A stretch of DNA of 64,000 nucleotides, from NCBI GenBank assembly GCA_041662565.1, contig JBAZSE010000005.1, positions 402 to 64,401 on the forward strand, read 5' to 3'. A program made the translations under genes and the position numbers. Numbering within the stretch: the first letter of the stretch is position 1; each line of letters opens with the position of its first letter. The notes under the pieces were generated by a model. It did not search any database. It was given only the letters and a program-made list of their open reading frames with translations, and had not been told where the DNA came from. Source of the DNA: Patescibacteria group bacterium. GTDB lineage: Bacteria; Patescibacteriota; Patescibacteriia; UBA1558; UBA10009. Shown here piece after piece: positions 29,833 to 41,636 of this stretch.

Positions 29833-32265
29833 ATGAAAATTTCCTTAAATTGGTTAAAAGAATACATTGATTTGCCCAAAGGCGTGGCTCCCGAGGACAT
29901 TGCTTTAAAGTTGACCATGGCCACGGTGGAAGTGGAAGAAATTATTGATCAGCAGCGTGATTACGCCAATATGGTGGTAGGCGAGATCGTGGATATCATT
30001 GATCATCCCCAAGCCGATCGCCTTAAGGTTTGCAAAGTTAAGGCAGGTAAAAATTCTTACCAAATTGTTTGCGGCGGCAATAATATTTATAAGGGCTTAA
30101 AAGGAATTTTGGCTTTGCCTGGAGCGCGTGTTAAATGGCACGGCCAAGGTGCTCCGGTTATTTTGGAAAAAACCGCAATCAGAGGAATTGAAAGCGAAGG
30201 CATGCTGTGCGCCGCCGAAGAAGTTGGTTTGCCTGCCGATACTCATCCAAGTGGCGGAGTGGTGGATTTGCCAGGCGCCAAAGCCGGTCAAAGCGCTGCC
30301 GAGGCCTTGGGATTAAATGATGTTATTTTTGAAGTTGATAACAAATCCGTTACCAACCGGCCTGATTTATGGGGACACTATGGCGTAGCGCGGGAAATTG
30401 CCGCTTTGTATAATTTAAAGTTAAAAGATTTAAAAATAGATAAGATTAAAGAGGGTAGCGCAGCAGATTTAAAAATCGAAATTAACGATGCCGAAAATTG
30501 CAGTCGCTATATGGGCGCTATTGTTGGTGGGATAAAAATCGCTCCTTCGCCCGCTTGGATGCAATTGGTTTTAGGCGCAGTTGGGGTGAGGCCGATTAAT
30601 AACATTGTTGATATTACCAATTTTGTCATGTTGGAATTGGGCCGTCCTTCCCATGCTTTTGATAGGCGCGAGATAGCCAATGATACCATTATTGTTCGGC
30701 GCGCTCAGGCAGGTGAAAAATTTAAAACTTTGGACGGGCAAGAAAGGCAGTTAACAAGCCAAATGTGTTTGGTTTGCGATGCAACTCGCCCGGTTGATTT
30801 GGCCGGCATTATGGGCGGAGAAAATTCGGAAATAAAAACCGATACCGCCGAAGTTATTTTTGAACTGGCTAATTTTAATCCGGTTAATATCCGTAAAACC
30901 GCCCAGGCCTTAAATTTAAGAACAGAAGCGGCCGCTCGTTTTGAAAAAGGGCTGGATCCGGATTTGGCAGAACTTGGATTAAAGCGGATTCTTACTTTGG
31001 TTCATCAACTTTTGCCCGAAGCAACTGTTATCAGTAAGATTGTTGATGTTAATTTGGTAAAGGCGGAAGAGCGTTTAATCGAGCTTAATCTGGATTTTTT
31101 ACATAAGCGCATTGGCCAAGAAATTCCCAAAAAAGAAGTGATAGGAATTTTGGAACGCTTGTCTTTTGCCGTTAAAGATAAAGGCGAAACATTGTTGGTT
31201 ACTCCGCCGTCATTTCGGGTGGTTAAGGATATTAGCTGCCCCGAAGATCTGGTAGAAGAAGTAGCCAGGATTTACGGTTACGGCAATATTGTGCCGCAAT
31301 TGCCCATAGTGGATATGACGCCGCCGGAAGAAAATCTTAATTTTTTGGTGAACCGGAAAGTTAGGGATATTTTATCGGGCACTCTTGGCCAAACCGAAGT
31401 TTATAATTATTCTTTTGCCCCGCTTAAAAGCCAGCAGTTACTGGGTTTTAAAGCGGATGAACATTTGGAAGTGGCCAATTATTTATCCGATGATTCGCGC
31501 TATTTAAAAGTTTCTTTATTTGAAAATTTGATCAGGAATTTGGAAAGCAATTTGCGTTTTTGCGAAAATGTGCGGATTTTTGAGCTTGCTCGGGCGTATC
31601 TTAAAACCGAAGGCAGTTTTAGCGTTGATGCCGGCCAAAAGTTGTTTTTAGCCAAGCAAGATAGAATGCTGGCAGGTATATATTTTGAGGCCAAAAGTTC
31701 CAATTCTTTTTTAAAGACCAAGGGTTTGCTGGAAATTATGTTATCTCGTTTGGAAATAGATTATCACTATGCCGAAACATCTTCCGCCAAAAGTATTCCG
31801 GCTTTTATAGCCAAAGAAAGCTATTTGGCTATTAAAACCGGTGATGTTACTTTGGGCTGGATAGGGGAGTTAAATACCGAATTAGCCCAAAGTTTGGGTG
31901 CTAAAAACAGTGTTGGCGTTTGGCAATTATCTTTTGAATTATTGGTTAAGTTTTTTCAGGATAAGAAAAAGTATCAAACTTTGTCCAAATATCCCAGTAT
32001 GGTTTACGATTTTTCCATCATTGTTGATAAAGAGGTCGCCTGGGCGCAAATAAAGCAAGAAGTTATAGAGTCAAACAATTTGGTTAAAAGAGTGGAATTA
32101 TTTGATGTGTTTAATTTGGAAAAATTGGGGCCCGACAGTCGGTCGTTGGCTTTTCATGTCACATTGCTGGATGAAAATAAAACTTTAACTTCGGCCGAGG
32201 GGGATGAAATAAAAAATAAAATCATTAATTTGTTAAAAACTAAGTTTAAGGCGGAGGTCAGATAA
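29833..32265 (+). CDS. pheT: Phenylalanine--tRNA ligase beta subunit
   Basis: HPQADRL, SEGMLC, NRPDL, INNIVDITNFV, DLVEEVARIYGY. Confidence 0.97.
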   Translation: MKISLNWLKEYIDLPKGVAPEDIALKLTMATVEVEEIIDQQRDYANMVVGEIVDIIDHPQADRLKVCKVKAGKNSYQIVCGGNNIYKGLKGILALPGARVKWHGQGAPVILEKTAIRGIESEGMLCAAEEVGLPADTHPSGGVVDLPGAKAGQSAAEALGLNDVIFEVDNKSVTNRPDLWGHYGVAREIAALYNLKLKDLKIDKIKEGSAADLKIEINDAENCSRYMGAIVGGIKIAPSPAWMQLVLGAVGVRPINNIVDITNFVMLELGRPSHAFDRREIANDTIIVRRAQAGEKFKTLDGQERQLTSQMCLVCDATRPVDLAGIMGGENSEIKTDTAEVIFELANFNPVNIRKTAQALNLRTEAAARFEKGLDPDLAELGLKRILTLVHQLLPEATVISKIVDVNLVKAEERLIELNLDFLHKRIGQEIPKKEVIGILERLSFAVKDKGETLLVTPPSFRVVKDISCPEDLVEEVARIYGYGNIVPQLPIVDMTPPEENLNFLVNRKVRDILSGTLGQTEVYNYSFAPLKSQQLLGFKADEHLEVANYLSDDSRYLKVSLFENLIRNLESNLRFCENVRIFELARAYLKTEGSFSVDAGQKLFLAKQDRMLAGIYFEAKSSNSFLKTKGLLEIMLSRLEIDYHYAETSSAKSIPAFIAKESYLAIKTGDVTLGWIGELNTELAQSLGAKNSVGVWQLSFELLVKFFQDKKKYQTLSKYPSMVYDFSIIVDKEVAWAQIKQEVIESNNLVKRVELFDVFNLEKLGPDSRSLAFHVTLLDENKTLTSAEGDEIKNKIINLLKTKFKAEVR

Positions 32266-32317
32266 CCGCGCCATTATCCCTAAAAAGAGCTACGATCTCT
32301 TTGGGGCAAGAAAAAAT

Positions 32318-32722
32318 ATGAAAACCATAAAAAAATTCAATATTTTATCTGTTGCAAAAGTTGCCGGTATTTTAAACGGCGGGTTATATTTTGTTATCGG
32401 ATTGGTGGTTAATTTTGGCGTTTTGGTTATTGGTATCCCTGCCTTAAATTCCGTTGATTTGCTGGGCTTTGGCTCCGGCATTTTGGCTGTGTTGTTGCTT
32501 TCTTTGTTAATCGGAGCCGTTAGTTCCTTAATCGGAGCGATGATGGCTTGGTTATATAACATTTCAGCCAATTTGGTCGGCGGGATTATGTGGGAAGAAG
32601 AGGAAGTTAAAAAGCCCTTTCCGGCCTTTGATTTACCTGCCAAGCATTCGCCCGAGCATTTGGCAACTAATCCACAACCCCAAAACGAAGCCAATAATAT
32701 TATTGATCATTTTGATCAATAA
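32318..32722 (+). CDS. Hypothetical membrane protein (DUF3566-like)
   Basis: IKK...LSVAKV..., AWLYN..A..VGGI pattern, two TM segments. Confidence 0.65.
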   Translation: MKTIKKFNILSVAKVAGILNGGLYFVIGLVVNFGVLVIGIPALNSVDLLGFGSGILAVLLLSLLIGAVSSLIGAMMAWLYNISANLVGGIMWEEEEVKKPFPAFDLPAKHSPEHLATNPQPQNEANNIIDHFDQ

Positions 32723-32743
32723 GTAAGGCCTTTTCGCAGATAA

Positions 32744-34843
<2,100 letters not shown>

Positions 34844-34846
<3 letters not shown>

Positions 34847-34969
34847 AAATTCTTAGATTTTTGGTTGCGACATCGTCAGATTTCATAAAAATATTTTCAC
34901 CGTAACTTATTACGCCTCAAATATTTTTATTCATCTTCCTCGTCTCACCTAAAAATTTAAGAATTTCTA
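34844..34969. repeat. Long imperfect hairpin (MITE/REP-like) starting at gyrB stop
   Basis: TAGAAATTCTTAGATTTT...AAAATTTAAGAATTTCTA outer and ATAAAAATATTTT/AAAATATTTTTAT inner arms. Confidence 0.8.
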
Positions 34970-35000
34970 TAAAATCGCAAATATAAAAATTATTAAAAAT

Positions 35001-35918
35001 ATGCCAATCCAAACTACCAAGCATAAAAATGTTACTTGGGTAAATATTGAAGAACCCAATGATGAAGATATAAATTATTTAGCCAAAAATTTTCATTTTC
35101 ATCTTTTGGATTTGGAGGATTTGGGCCACGAGGCCCAGAGGAGCAAGCTGGATATTTATCCCGATTACGCTTTTATTATTTTGCGTTTTCCCGTAACTTA
35201 TAAGGATACAAATTTAATCGGATCGCATGAGCTGGGTATTTTTTTGGGCAAAGATTATTTAATAACTATTCAAAAAAAGAAGATTACTTCTTTGCAGGAT
35301 TATTATAAAAAAGTTTTGGCCGATCCAAAACTTATGGAAGAGGTTTTTGGTGGCCGTCCTGCCCTGCTTTTGTATAATGTTTTGGATGAAATGTATCATG
35401 CCACCTTATCTTTAACCGATTGGCTTTTAGCAGAAATTAACCAGGTTGAAAAAGAAGTTTACGATGAAGAAACTAAAACCGTGGTTAAAACGCTCGCTTT
35501 GCTTAGGCGCAATGTTTTGACCTTTAAAAGCATCATGGAACCCCAGCGTTTGGTTATCAGGACTTTGGTAAATTTACAAAAAGATTATTTAAGCAAGGAA
35601 TTTGAATCATATTTTGACGATATTGCCGACTATGTAGAAAGAATCAATAATTTGTTGGAAAACAGCAAAGAACTGGTAGATGGCTTGCATGCCACCAACG
35701 AATCCTTAACTTCTTACCGTTTAAACAGAGTTATGAGGATTTTAACCATTTTTTCTGTTTCCTTGCTGCCCTTAACTTTGCTAACGGGCATTTGGGGTAT
35801 GAATTTGCAATCACTGCCTTTAATTCATGACGAGACATTTATTTGGTATATTTTTGGCGGTTTAGCCATTGTTATTATCAGTATTTTTATTTGGATGAAG
35901 AAAAAGAATATTATTTAG
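35001..35918 (+). CDS. corA: CorA family Mg2+ transporter
   Basis: WVNI..P, LT..S...LP.TL.TGIWGMN, two C-terminal TMs. Confidence 0.93.
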   Translation: MPIQTTKHKNVTWVNIEEPNDEDINYLAKNFHFHLLDLEDLGHEAQRSKLDIYPDYAFIILRFPVTYKDTNLIGSHELGIFLGKDYLITIQKKKITSLQDYYKKVLADPKLMEEVFGGRPALLLYNVLDEMYHATLSLTDWLLAEINQVEKEVYDEETKTVVKTLALLRRNVLTFKSIMEPQRLVIRTLVNLQKDYLSKEFESYFDDIADYVERINNLLENSKELVDGLHATNESLTSYRLNRVMRILTIFSVSLLPLTLLTGIWGMNLQSLPLIHDETFIWYIFGGLAIVIISIFIWMKKKNII

Positions 35919-36035
35919 CCCTTGCCAGTTTTTTAATTTAAAAATTTCAATAAACGATGTAGGGATTGGTTTTAAACCTGTCCCTACATTTTGTTTTACG
36001 AAAAATGTTGTAAAAAAACTGGCAAGGGCTAAATA
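35912..36035. repeat. 23-bp perfect inverted repeat enclosing a GTAG-type REP hairpin
   Basis: TATTTAGCCCTTGCCAGTTTTTT / AAAAAACTGGCAAGGGCTAAATA; inner GTAGGGA...TCCCTAC 35959-35987. Confidence 0.8.
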
Positions 36036-36077
36036 TTTGTGTTAAACTGGTATAAGTAACACATAATTAAAGGAAAA

Positions 36078-36419
36078 ATGAAGGAAATATTATCTTCAAA
36101 AATACACCAGGCAATAGTGACTGAGGCTGATTTAAGCTATATTGGCAGTATTACTATTGATCAGGATTTGCTTGAAAAAGCCGATCTGTGGCCGGGGCAA
36201 AAAGTAATGGTAGTCAGTAACACTACCGGCGTGCGTTTGGAAACATACGTTATTTTGGGGGAGAGGGGCAGTGGCATCATCTGTATGAATGGCGCTTGCG
36301 CCCATTTAATAAAAAAAGGCGAAGAAATAATTATCATCGGTTTTATCTTTAGCGACCGGCCAAAGCCAGCTAAATCCATTTTGGTTGATAAGCAAAACCG
36401 TTTTATAAAGTATTTATGA
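36078..36419 (+). CDS. panD: Aspartate 1-decarboxylase (pyruvoyl)
   Basis: SKIH, Y.G|SITID cleavage site, RLETYVI, NGA.A. Confidence 0.95.
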   Translation: MKEILSSKIHQAIVTEADLSYIGSITIDQDLLEKADLWPGQKVMVVSNTTGVRLETYVILGERGSGIICMNGACAHLIKKGEEIIIIGFIFSDRPKPAKSILVDKQNRFIKYL

Positions 36420-37249
36420 GCTTTACCCTTATTGCCATCGGTTCGGCCTTGCTGGCTTCGGTAGCCAATATTTTAGCCCGAACGCTTTTGCGCCAAGTTA
36501 AGGCGCGGGAAATTTTAGGCATAAATTTTTTAACCATGGGCGCTACCTTGGTTTTATTATCGCCGTTTTTTTATTTTTTTAAAGCCGATCTTGTTTCTTT
36601 TGCTTTAGTGGTGGCGATTGCTTTAATTGACACGGTTGCGAATTATTTTTATTTTAAAACTTTTGAAAAAACCGAGGCCAGCGTAGCTACGCCTTTGCTG
36701 TCTTTGGCGCCGGCTTTCGCGTTTTTATTCGGCTGGCTGATTATTGCAGACGTGGTTAATCGACAAACTTACGTTTTGGCCTTTGCCATTATTGCTTTAG
36801 TGGTAATTTTTTCAGCTGATTTTAAGGATTTTAAAAATTTTAAAACAAGCACTTTGATTCCGGCCTTGGTTTCCTCTATTTTATTCGGATTGTCGGCAAT
36901 TCCTTCAAAATATTTGCTTTCCGATTTGCAGGCGATTAACGCGCCAACCTTGTACATGTTTAGGGCTGGATTTATCGCTCTTTTTTCCTTATTGTTTTTT
37001 AGGTTTCCCATCAACGCTTTGTCTTTTTCACAGTTCCGCACTATTTTTATCAGAGGTCTTTTTGTGATCGGCCAGTGGATTTTGCTGTATTACGCCTTAA
37101 CCGTAGGCAGCGTCGGCGTTACCATTACTTTGGCCAACATTACCCCGATTTTCGTTTTTATTTTAGGCATAGTTTTTTTGCGCGAAAAGGTAATGGCCAA
37201 AAAAATCATTGCCGCCCTACTAATATTATTTTTGTCTTTAATTATTTAA
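36416..37249 (+). CDS. EamA/DMT family transporter
   Basis: ~10 TM, two EamA repeats, ..P.F..I.G..FLREK. Confidence 0.9.
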   Translation: MSFTLIAIGSALLASVANILARTLLRQVKAREILGINFLTMGATLVLLSPFFYFFKADLVSFALVVAIALIDTVANYFYFKTFEKTEASVATPLLSLAPAFAFLFGWLIIADVVNRQTYVLAFAIIALVVIFSADFKDFKNFKTSTLIPALVSSILFGLSAIPSKYLLSDLQAINAPTLYMFRAGFIALFSLLFFRFPINALSFSQFRTIFIRGLFVIGQWILLYYALTVGSVGVTITLANITPIFVFILGIVFLREKVMAKKIIAALLILFLSLII

Positions 37250-37258
37250 TAAAATTTT

Positions 37259-38305
37259 ATGGCAATCGGAAGATTAAAATCAACCAAAAAACTTAAAAAT
37301 ATTTTGTTGTTATTTTGCGGCGGCACGATTTCCATGCATAAAAACGAATCAACCGGAGCATTGGATGTGGCTCATGGCATTGACCAGTTTTTCAAACTTG
37401 AGCCAAGGATAAAAAATTTAGCCAATATCACGCCTAAGTTTATCGCCAATATAGACAGCACTAATGTTGATCGGGCGATTTGGGAAAAAATCATTATCGC
37501 CATTAAGCTTAATTACAAAAAGTATGACGGATTTGTGGTAACTTTTGGCACCAATACCATGGCCTACGCTTCGGCCGCCTTGTCTTTTGCTTTAACCAAT
37601 ATTGGCAAGCCGGTTGTTTTTACGGGCGCCCAAATTCCAGCTGAAGCCACTTTTACTGATTCCAGGAACAATCTAGTTAACGCTCTTAGGCTGGCTAACA
37701 TGAACTTGGGCGGAGTCTTTGTGGTTTTTGGCAGTAAAATTATTTTGGGCTGCCGCGCTAAAAAGGTGAGCGAATCGCGCTTGGACGCGTTTGATACTTT
37801 TAACGACAGGGATTTTGGAGAAATCGGCATTGGCATTAAAATTAATAAATCTTCCAATCAGGGACATGCCGAAGCTTTGGTTGTTAAAAACGGTTTTGAG
37901 GATAATATAGTTTGCTTAACTTTAGTGCCGGGCTTAAATGCCAGCTTTATTGTTAATTTAATTAACCAGGGAGCCAAGGGTTTGGTGTTAAGGGCTTATG
38001 GTTCCGGAGATATTCCTTATGCTTTATTGCCGGCTTTAAAATACGCCCAAAAGAAAAAAGTGCCGGTAGTGGTAACCACCCAGTGCCCGGGCGGAGCTAC
38101 GGTAATGGGCTTAAATGATGTTGGCTTAAGAGCTTTGGAATTTGGGGTAATCCAGGCTTTTGATATGTGCATGGAAGCCATGACCACTAAGCTGATGTGG
38201 CTGTTAAAGCAAAAAACGCCTTACTTTAAAATTAAGGAGTTGATGCATAAAAACATGCAGGGCGAAGTTAATACCGAAACAGCTAAGGTTTACTTGGGCA
38301 AATAA
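37259..38305 (+). CDS. Type I L-asparaginase-like amidohydrolase (variant active site)
   Basis: GGTISM, NIDS, FGTNTM (canonical HGTDTM), KPVVFTGAQ, G.K...DAF. Confidence 0.88.
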   Translation: MAIGRLKSTKKLKNILLLFCGGTISMHKNESTGALDVAHGIDQFFKLEPRIKNLANITPKFIANIDSTNVDRAIWEKIIIAIKLNYKKYDGFVVTFGTNTMAYASAALSFALTNIGKPVVFTGAQIPAEATFTDSRNNLVNALRLANMNLGGVFVVFGSKIILGCRAKKVSESRLDAFDTFNDRDFGEIGIGIKINKSSNQGHAEALVVKNGFEDNIVCLTLVPGLNASFIVNLINQGAKGLVLRAYGSGDIPYALLPALKYAQKKKVPVVVTTQCPGGATVMGLNDVGLRALEFGVIQAFDMCMEAMTTKLMWLLKQKTPYFKIKELMHKNMQGEVNTETAKVYLGK

Positions 38306-38313
38306 TTAAAATC

Positions 38314-38346
38314 AAAAACAGCCTGGTTTAAACCCGGCTGTTTTTT
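38314..38346. terminator. Bidirectional intrinsic terminator
   Basis: AAAAACAGCC...GGCTGTTTTTT between convergent genes. Confidence 0.8.
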
Positions 38347-38352
38347 GTTTAA

Positions 38353-39009
38353 TTATGGATTTGATTTTTTAATTTTCCTGAAAATAATATAGGAATAAAG
38401 AGTGGTTCCCAAAATCAGCAGAACAAGTAAAGTTATCATCCCAACAAAAATTACTTTTGGAGGCAACAAGGGGGAGAGCAGCATAAACAGCCCAAGCAGC
38501 ATAAACAATTTTCCGCCCAAGCGGTGAGTTTTGTTCCAAACCTCATCATTGGATAAAGTCCAGGGAGTTCTAATGCCCATAAACCAGTTGGGTTTTATTT
38601 TTCCCATGTAGTTGCCCATAATAACAAAGAGCAGGCCAATGATAATTGGAATCCAAAGTTCAACTCTCACTGGATAGCCAAGGCCGGAGAGCGAGGCGAT
38701 AATGTAAACTCCCAGCATGACCAGCATTAAAATCAGACGCATCATCCTAAAAATTTTGGTAAACTGTTCGTATTTTTCCTTTTTAGGGTCAATCAGCGGA
38801 ATGATTAAAAACAACAAATACATGCCCACAACCATGGCCGGCCCGATAATAGCGCCGGCAAAACGAGAGCCATAACTATCCACCTCTCCGTACATATTCC
38901 AGTGCATCGGGACTGTTTCGGGAAAGTTGGCATAAAAATAAAAGCCCAAGGCAATAGAAATAATTGCCAAGAGCAAAGGAACAATTTCGCTTTTAAATGT
39001 ATATTTCAT
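38353..39009 (-). CDS. SdpI family immunity membrane protein (DUF1648 + SdpI)
   Basis: P..VPMHWN..GEVD, N.FMGIRTPWTL...VW.KTHR.GG. Confidence 0.92.
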   Translation of the reverse strand: MKYTFKSEIVPLLLAIISIALGFYFYANFPETVPMHWNMYGEVDSYGSRFAGAIIGPAMVVGMYLLFLIIPLIDPKKEKYEQFTKIFRMMRLILMLVMLGVYIIASLSGLGYPVRVELWIPIIIGLLFVIMGNYMGKIKPNWFMGIRTPWTLSNDEVWNKTHRLGGKLFMLLGLFMLLSPLLPPKVIFVGMITLLVLLILGTTLYSYIIFRKIKKSNP

Positions 39010-39020
39010 ATTTTTTTAAA

Positions 39021-39284
39021 TTATCTTTTAAAAATTTTAAAATAACTTTCCATTAATTCTTCCATAACGCTTAGATTAATGGAATAAATAATTTGCTGGC
39101 CGGCTCGCTCCTGCGAAATCAAATCGGCTTCTTTAAGAATGTTAAAGTGGTGAGTTAAGGAGGGGAGGGTAATGCTAAAATTTTCGGCAATTTCTCCGGC
39201 ACTTTGCGAGTGTATTTTAAGCAGTTCCAAAATTTTTCTTCTGGTTGGGTCCGAGAGGGCTTTGAAAGTTTTATTGAGTGTCAT
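39021..39284 (-). CDS. ArsR/SdpR family autorepressor
   Basis: FKALSDPTRRKILELL, AGEIA, HH..LKEADLI...R.GQ...YS; upstream of sdpI-like gene. Confidence 0.92.
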   Translation of the reverse strand: MTLNKTFKALSDPTRRKILELLKIHSQSAGEIAENFSITLPSLTHHFNILKEADLISQERAGQQIIYSINLSVMEELMESYFKIFKR

Positions 39285-39291
39285 AAGTTAG

Positions 39292-39315
39292 ATATTTAGC
39301 CAACTATCTAAATAT
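39292..39315. promoter_or_regulatory. Putative ArsR/SdpR operator overlapping promoter
   Basis: Palindrome ATATTTAG-N8-CTAAATAT just upstream of repressor start codon. Confidence 0.55.
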
Positions 39316-39367
39316 ATCATATCTAAATTTTTTTACAAGTGGATAAGTTTTTATATATTGGTGCCTG

Positions 39368-39414
39368 CACCGTAGACCCGCAAAAGCGCGAAGCGCTGAG
39401 CGGGTTCTACGGTG
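39368..39414. repeat. REP-like hairpin with GCGAAGC apex
   Basis: CACCGTAGACCCGC...AGCGCGAAGCGCT...GCGGGTTCTACGGTG. Confidence 0.7.
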
Positions 39415-39431
39415 TGGATAACTTTAAACTA

Positions 39432-39460
39432 TTGCCAATCAGCCAAGCATATGCTATATT
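39432..39460 (+). promoter_or_regulatory. sigma70-type promoter of secE-nusG-rplK-rplA
   Basis: TTGCCA-N17-TATATT with extended TG. Confidence 0.65.
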
Positions 39461-39521
39461 GTTAGTAATAGCCCCAAAGGGGCTTTTAAAAAACTTTAAA
39501 TTTGGCTAATATTAAACAAAT

Positions 39522-39713
39522 ATGAGCAACAAAATTGTTGAATATATTAAGCAATCCAGGGCAGAACTTAAAAAGGTTGTTTGGCCGACCAAAAAGCAGA
39601 CCCGTAACCATACTTTAATGGTTATTGGAGTTTCTTTGGGTCTGGCGATTTTTTTAGGCGCTGTTGACTTTGGTTTAAATAAGCTCTTGGAACTTTTTGT
39701 TTATAAAGTTTAA
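39522..39713 (+). CDS. secE: Preprotein translocase SecE
   Basis: ELKKVVWPT, one TM, precedes nusG. Confidence 0.95.
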   Translation: MSNKIVEYIKQSRAELKKVVWPTKKQTRNHTLMVIGVSLGLAIFLGAVDFGLNKLLELFVYKV

Positions 39714-39741
39714 TTTCAGAATTCATTCATAATTCATTTAT

Positions 39742-40287
39742 ATGCCTAAGCAAACATTACAACAGGGAAGAAGATGGTACGTTTTGCATACTTATTCCGG
39801 CTACGAGGAAAACGTAACCCGAAACCTAAAACAGCGTATTGAATCCATGGATATGGAAGATAAGATTTTTGATGTTTTAGTTCCGACCGAAACCAAAATT
39901 AAAATCCGTAACAGTAAAAGAACCACTACCAGGGAAAAAATTTTTCCCGGCTATGTTTTGGTTAACATGATTGTGACCGATGATTCGTGGTACGTGGTGC
40001 GTAATACGCCCAACGTGACGGGTTTTGTGGGTTCGGGTACTACCCCGACTCCGGTTTCGGAAGAAGAAATCAAGGAATTGCAAAGAAGAATGGGCGTGGA
40101 AGAACCAACTTACAAAGTAGATGTAGCCGTGGGTACTTCTGTTAAAATTTCCGATGGTCCTTTTAAGGATTTTGAAGGCAAGATTTCCGAAATTGACGAA
40201 GCCAAGGGCAAGGTTAAAGTTCTTATTTCCTTGTTTGGCCGTGAAACCCCGGTAGAATTGGATTCTTTACAGATTAAAAAAATATAA
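39742..40287 (+). CDS. nusG: Transcription factor NusG
   Basis: WYVLHTYSGYE, FPGYVLV, KOW GPFKDFEG, FGRETPVEL. Confidence 0.98.
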   Translation: MPKQTLQQGRRWYVLHTYSGYEENVTRNLKQRIESMDMEDKIFDVLVPTETKIKIRNSKRTTTREKIFPGYVLVNMIVTDDSWYVVRNTPNVTGFVGSGTTPTPVSEEEIKELQRRMGVEEPTYKVDVAVGTSVKISDGPFKDFEGKISEIDEAKGKVKVLISLFGRETPVELDSLQIKKI

Positions 40288-40346
40288 ATCGTTAATCCGA
40301 ATGTTAGCTTCTAAACGTTCGGAACTAATTTGAATTAAAATATTAT

Positions 40347-40772
40347 ATGGCTAAAAAAATAAAGACAATCATCAAATTGCAGATTAAAGCCGCTGCCGCT
40401 AATCCAGCGCCTCCAGTAGGACCAGCTTTGGGTCAGCATGGTTTGAATATTCAGGAATTTTGTATGAAATTCAACGAGGCCACTAAGGCCAATGCCGGCG
40501 AAGTGACTCCGGTAGAAATTACCGTTTACGAAGACAGGACTTATACTTTTGTGCTTAAAACCTCACCGGCCGCCGAGCTGATTAAAAAAGCCGCTGGCAT
40601 CCAAAAAGGTTCCGGTAAACCCTTAACCGAAAAAGTGGGCAAGGTTACTCGCTCCCAGGTTAAAGAAATCGCCTTAAAAAAAATGTCTGACCTTAATTCC
40701 AACACTATTGAAGGCGCTATGAGGATTATTGAGGGTACGGCCAGGCAAATGGGCGTGGAAGTTGTTGATTAA
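40347..40772 (+). CDS. rplK: 50S ribosomal protein L11
   Basis: [22 protein letters not shown]. Confidence 0.98.
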   Translation: MAKKIKTIIKLQIKAAAANPAPPVGPALGQHGLNIQEFCMKFNEATKANAGEVTPVEITVYEDRTYTFVLKTSPAAELIKKAAGIQKGSGKPLTEKVGKVTRSQVKEIALKKMSDLNSNTIEGAMRIIEGTARQMGVEVVD

Positions 40773-40792
40773 TATTTAATAAATTCATTAAT

Positions 40793-40827
40793 TGAGGGAG
40801 CGTGCAACAACATGCGCCATTACCTCA
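40793..40827 (+). promoter_or_regulatory. Ribosomal protein L1-binding autoregulatory RNA element
   Basis: UGAGG-GA-GCGUG...CAUGC-GCCAUUA-CCUCA helix-internal loop-helix between rplK and rplA, resembling the Firmicutes L1 site. Confidence 0.7.
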
Positions 40828-40844
40828 TCAAGAAAGAAAAAATA

Positions 40845-41528
40845 ATGTCTCACGTTTCTAAAAGATTAAAGGAAGCCAAGGGCTTGCTTGATAAAACCAA
40901 GGTTTATACTTTGGCCGAAGCCATTAAGTTGGTTAAAGATACTTCCAAAGTTAAATTTGACGCTTCGGTGGAAGTGCACCTTAAATTAGGCATTGATCCT
41001 AAAAAGGGCGAGCAAGGCGTTAGGGCATCGATTGTTTTGCCTTTTGGTACCGGTAAAATCAAAAAAGTCGCCGTGTTTGTTACGCCAACTTATGAAAAAG
41101 AAGCCAAAACGGCTGGAGCGGATATTGTGGGCGGCAAAGATTTAATTGAACAAATTAAAAAAGACGGCAAGTGCGATTTTGAAGTGGCCGTAGCCGTACC
41201 CGAAATTATGAGAGATTTGGCAGCCATTGCCAAAACTTTGGGTCAAAAGGGTTTAATGCCAAATCCCAAAACGGGCACTGTAACAACCGATATTACCAAA
41301 GCGGTGGAAGAAATTAAAAAAGGTAAGGTTGATTTTAAAAATGATGATACGGCCAATATTCACGCCATGGTCGGCAAGGTTTCATTTACGGATGAACAGA
41401 TCAAAGCCAATATTGATGCCTTGATCAATGCCGTAAAAAAAGCCAAGCCCGATGCGGTTAAAGGTATTTACCTTAAAACCATGACGATTTGTTCTTCTAT
41501 GGGCCCTGGTATCAAAGTTCAGTTGTAA
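40845..41528 (+). CDS. rplA: 50S ribosomal protein L1
   Basis: KFDASVE, LP.GTGK, GLMPNPKTGTVT, SSMGPG; start set to MSHVSKR. Confidence 0.98.
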   Translation: MSHVSKRLKEAKGLLDKTKVYTLAEAIKLVKDTSKVKFDASVEVHLKLGIDPKKGEQGVRASIVLPFGTGKIKKVAVFVTPTYEKEAKTAGADIVGGKDLIEQIKKDGKCDFEVAVAVPEIMRDLAAIAKTLGQKGLMPNPKTGTVTTDITKAVEEIKKGKVDFKNDDTANIHAMVGKVSFTDEQIKANIDALINAVKKAKPDAVKGIYLKTMTICSSMGPGIKVQL

Positions 41529-41547
41529 ATTTACTTTTATTTGGTTT

Positions 41548-41578
41548 ACCCAGCCCTTCGCAAAGGGCTGGGTTTTTT
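41548..41578 (+). terminator. Intrinsic terminator after rplA
   Basis: ACCCAGCCCTT/AAGGGCTGGGT then TTTTT. Confidence 0.85.
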
Positions 41579-41636
41579 GTTTGCCCAAATACCGCCTTTT
41601 TGCTAGAATGAATTTATTAAATTAATCCATTAACTT

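Noticed and set aside
38353-39284. SdpR/SdpI pair as part of a toxin (cannibalism) system
   Set aside because: No sdpABC-like toxin genes adjacent; orphan immunity-regulator pairs are common
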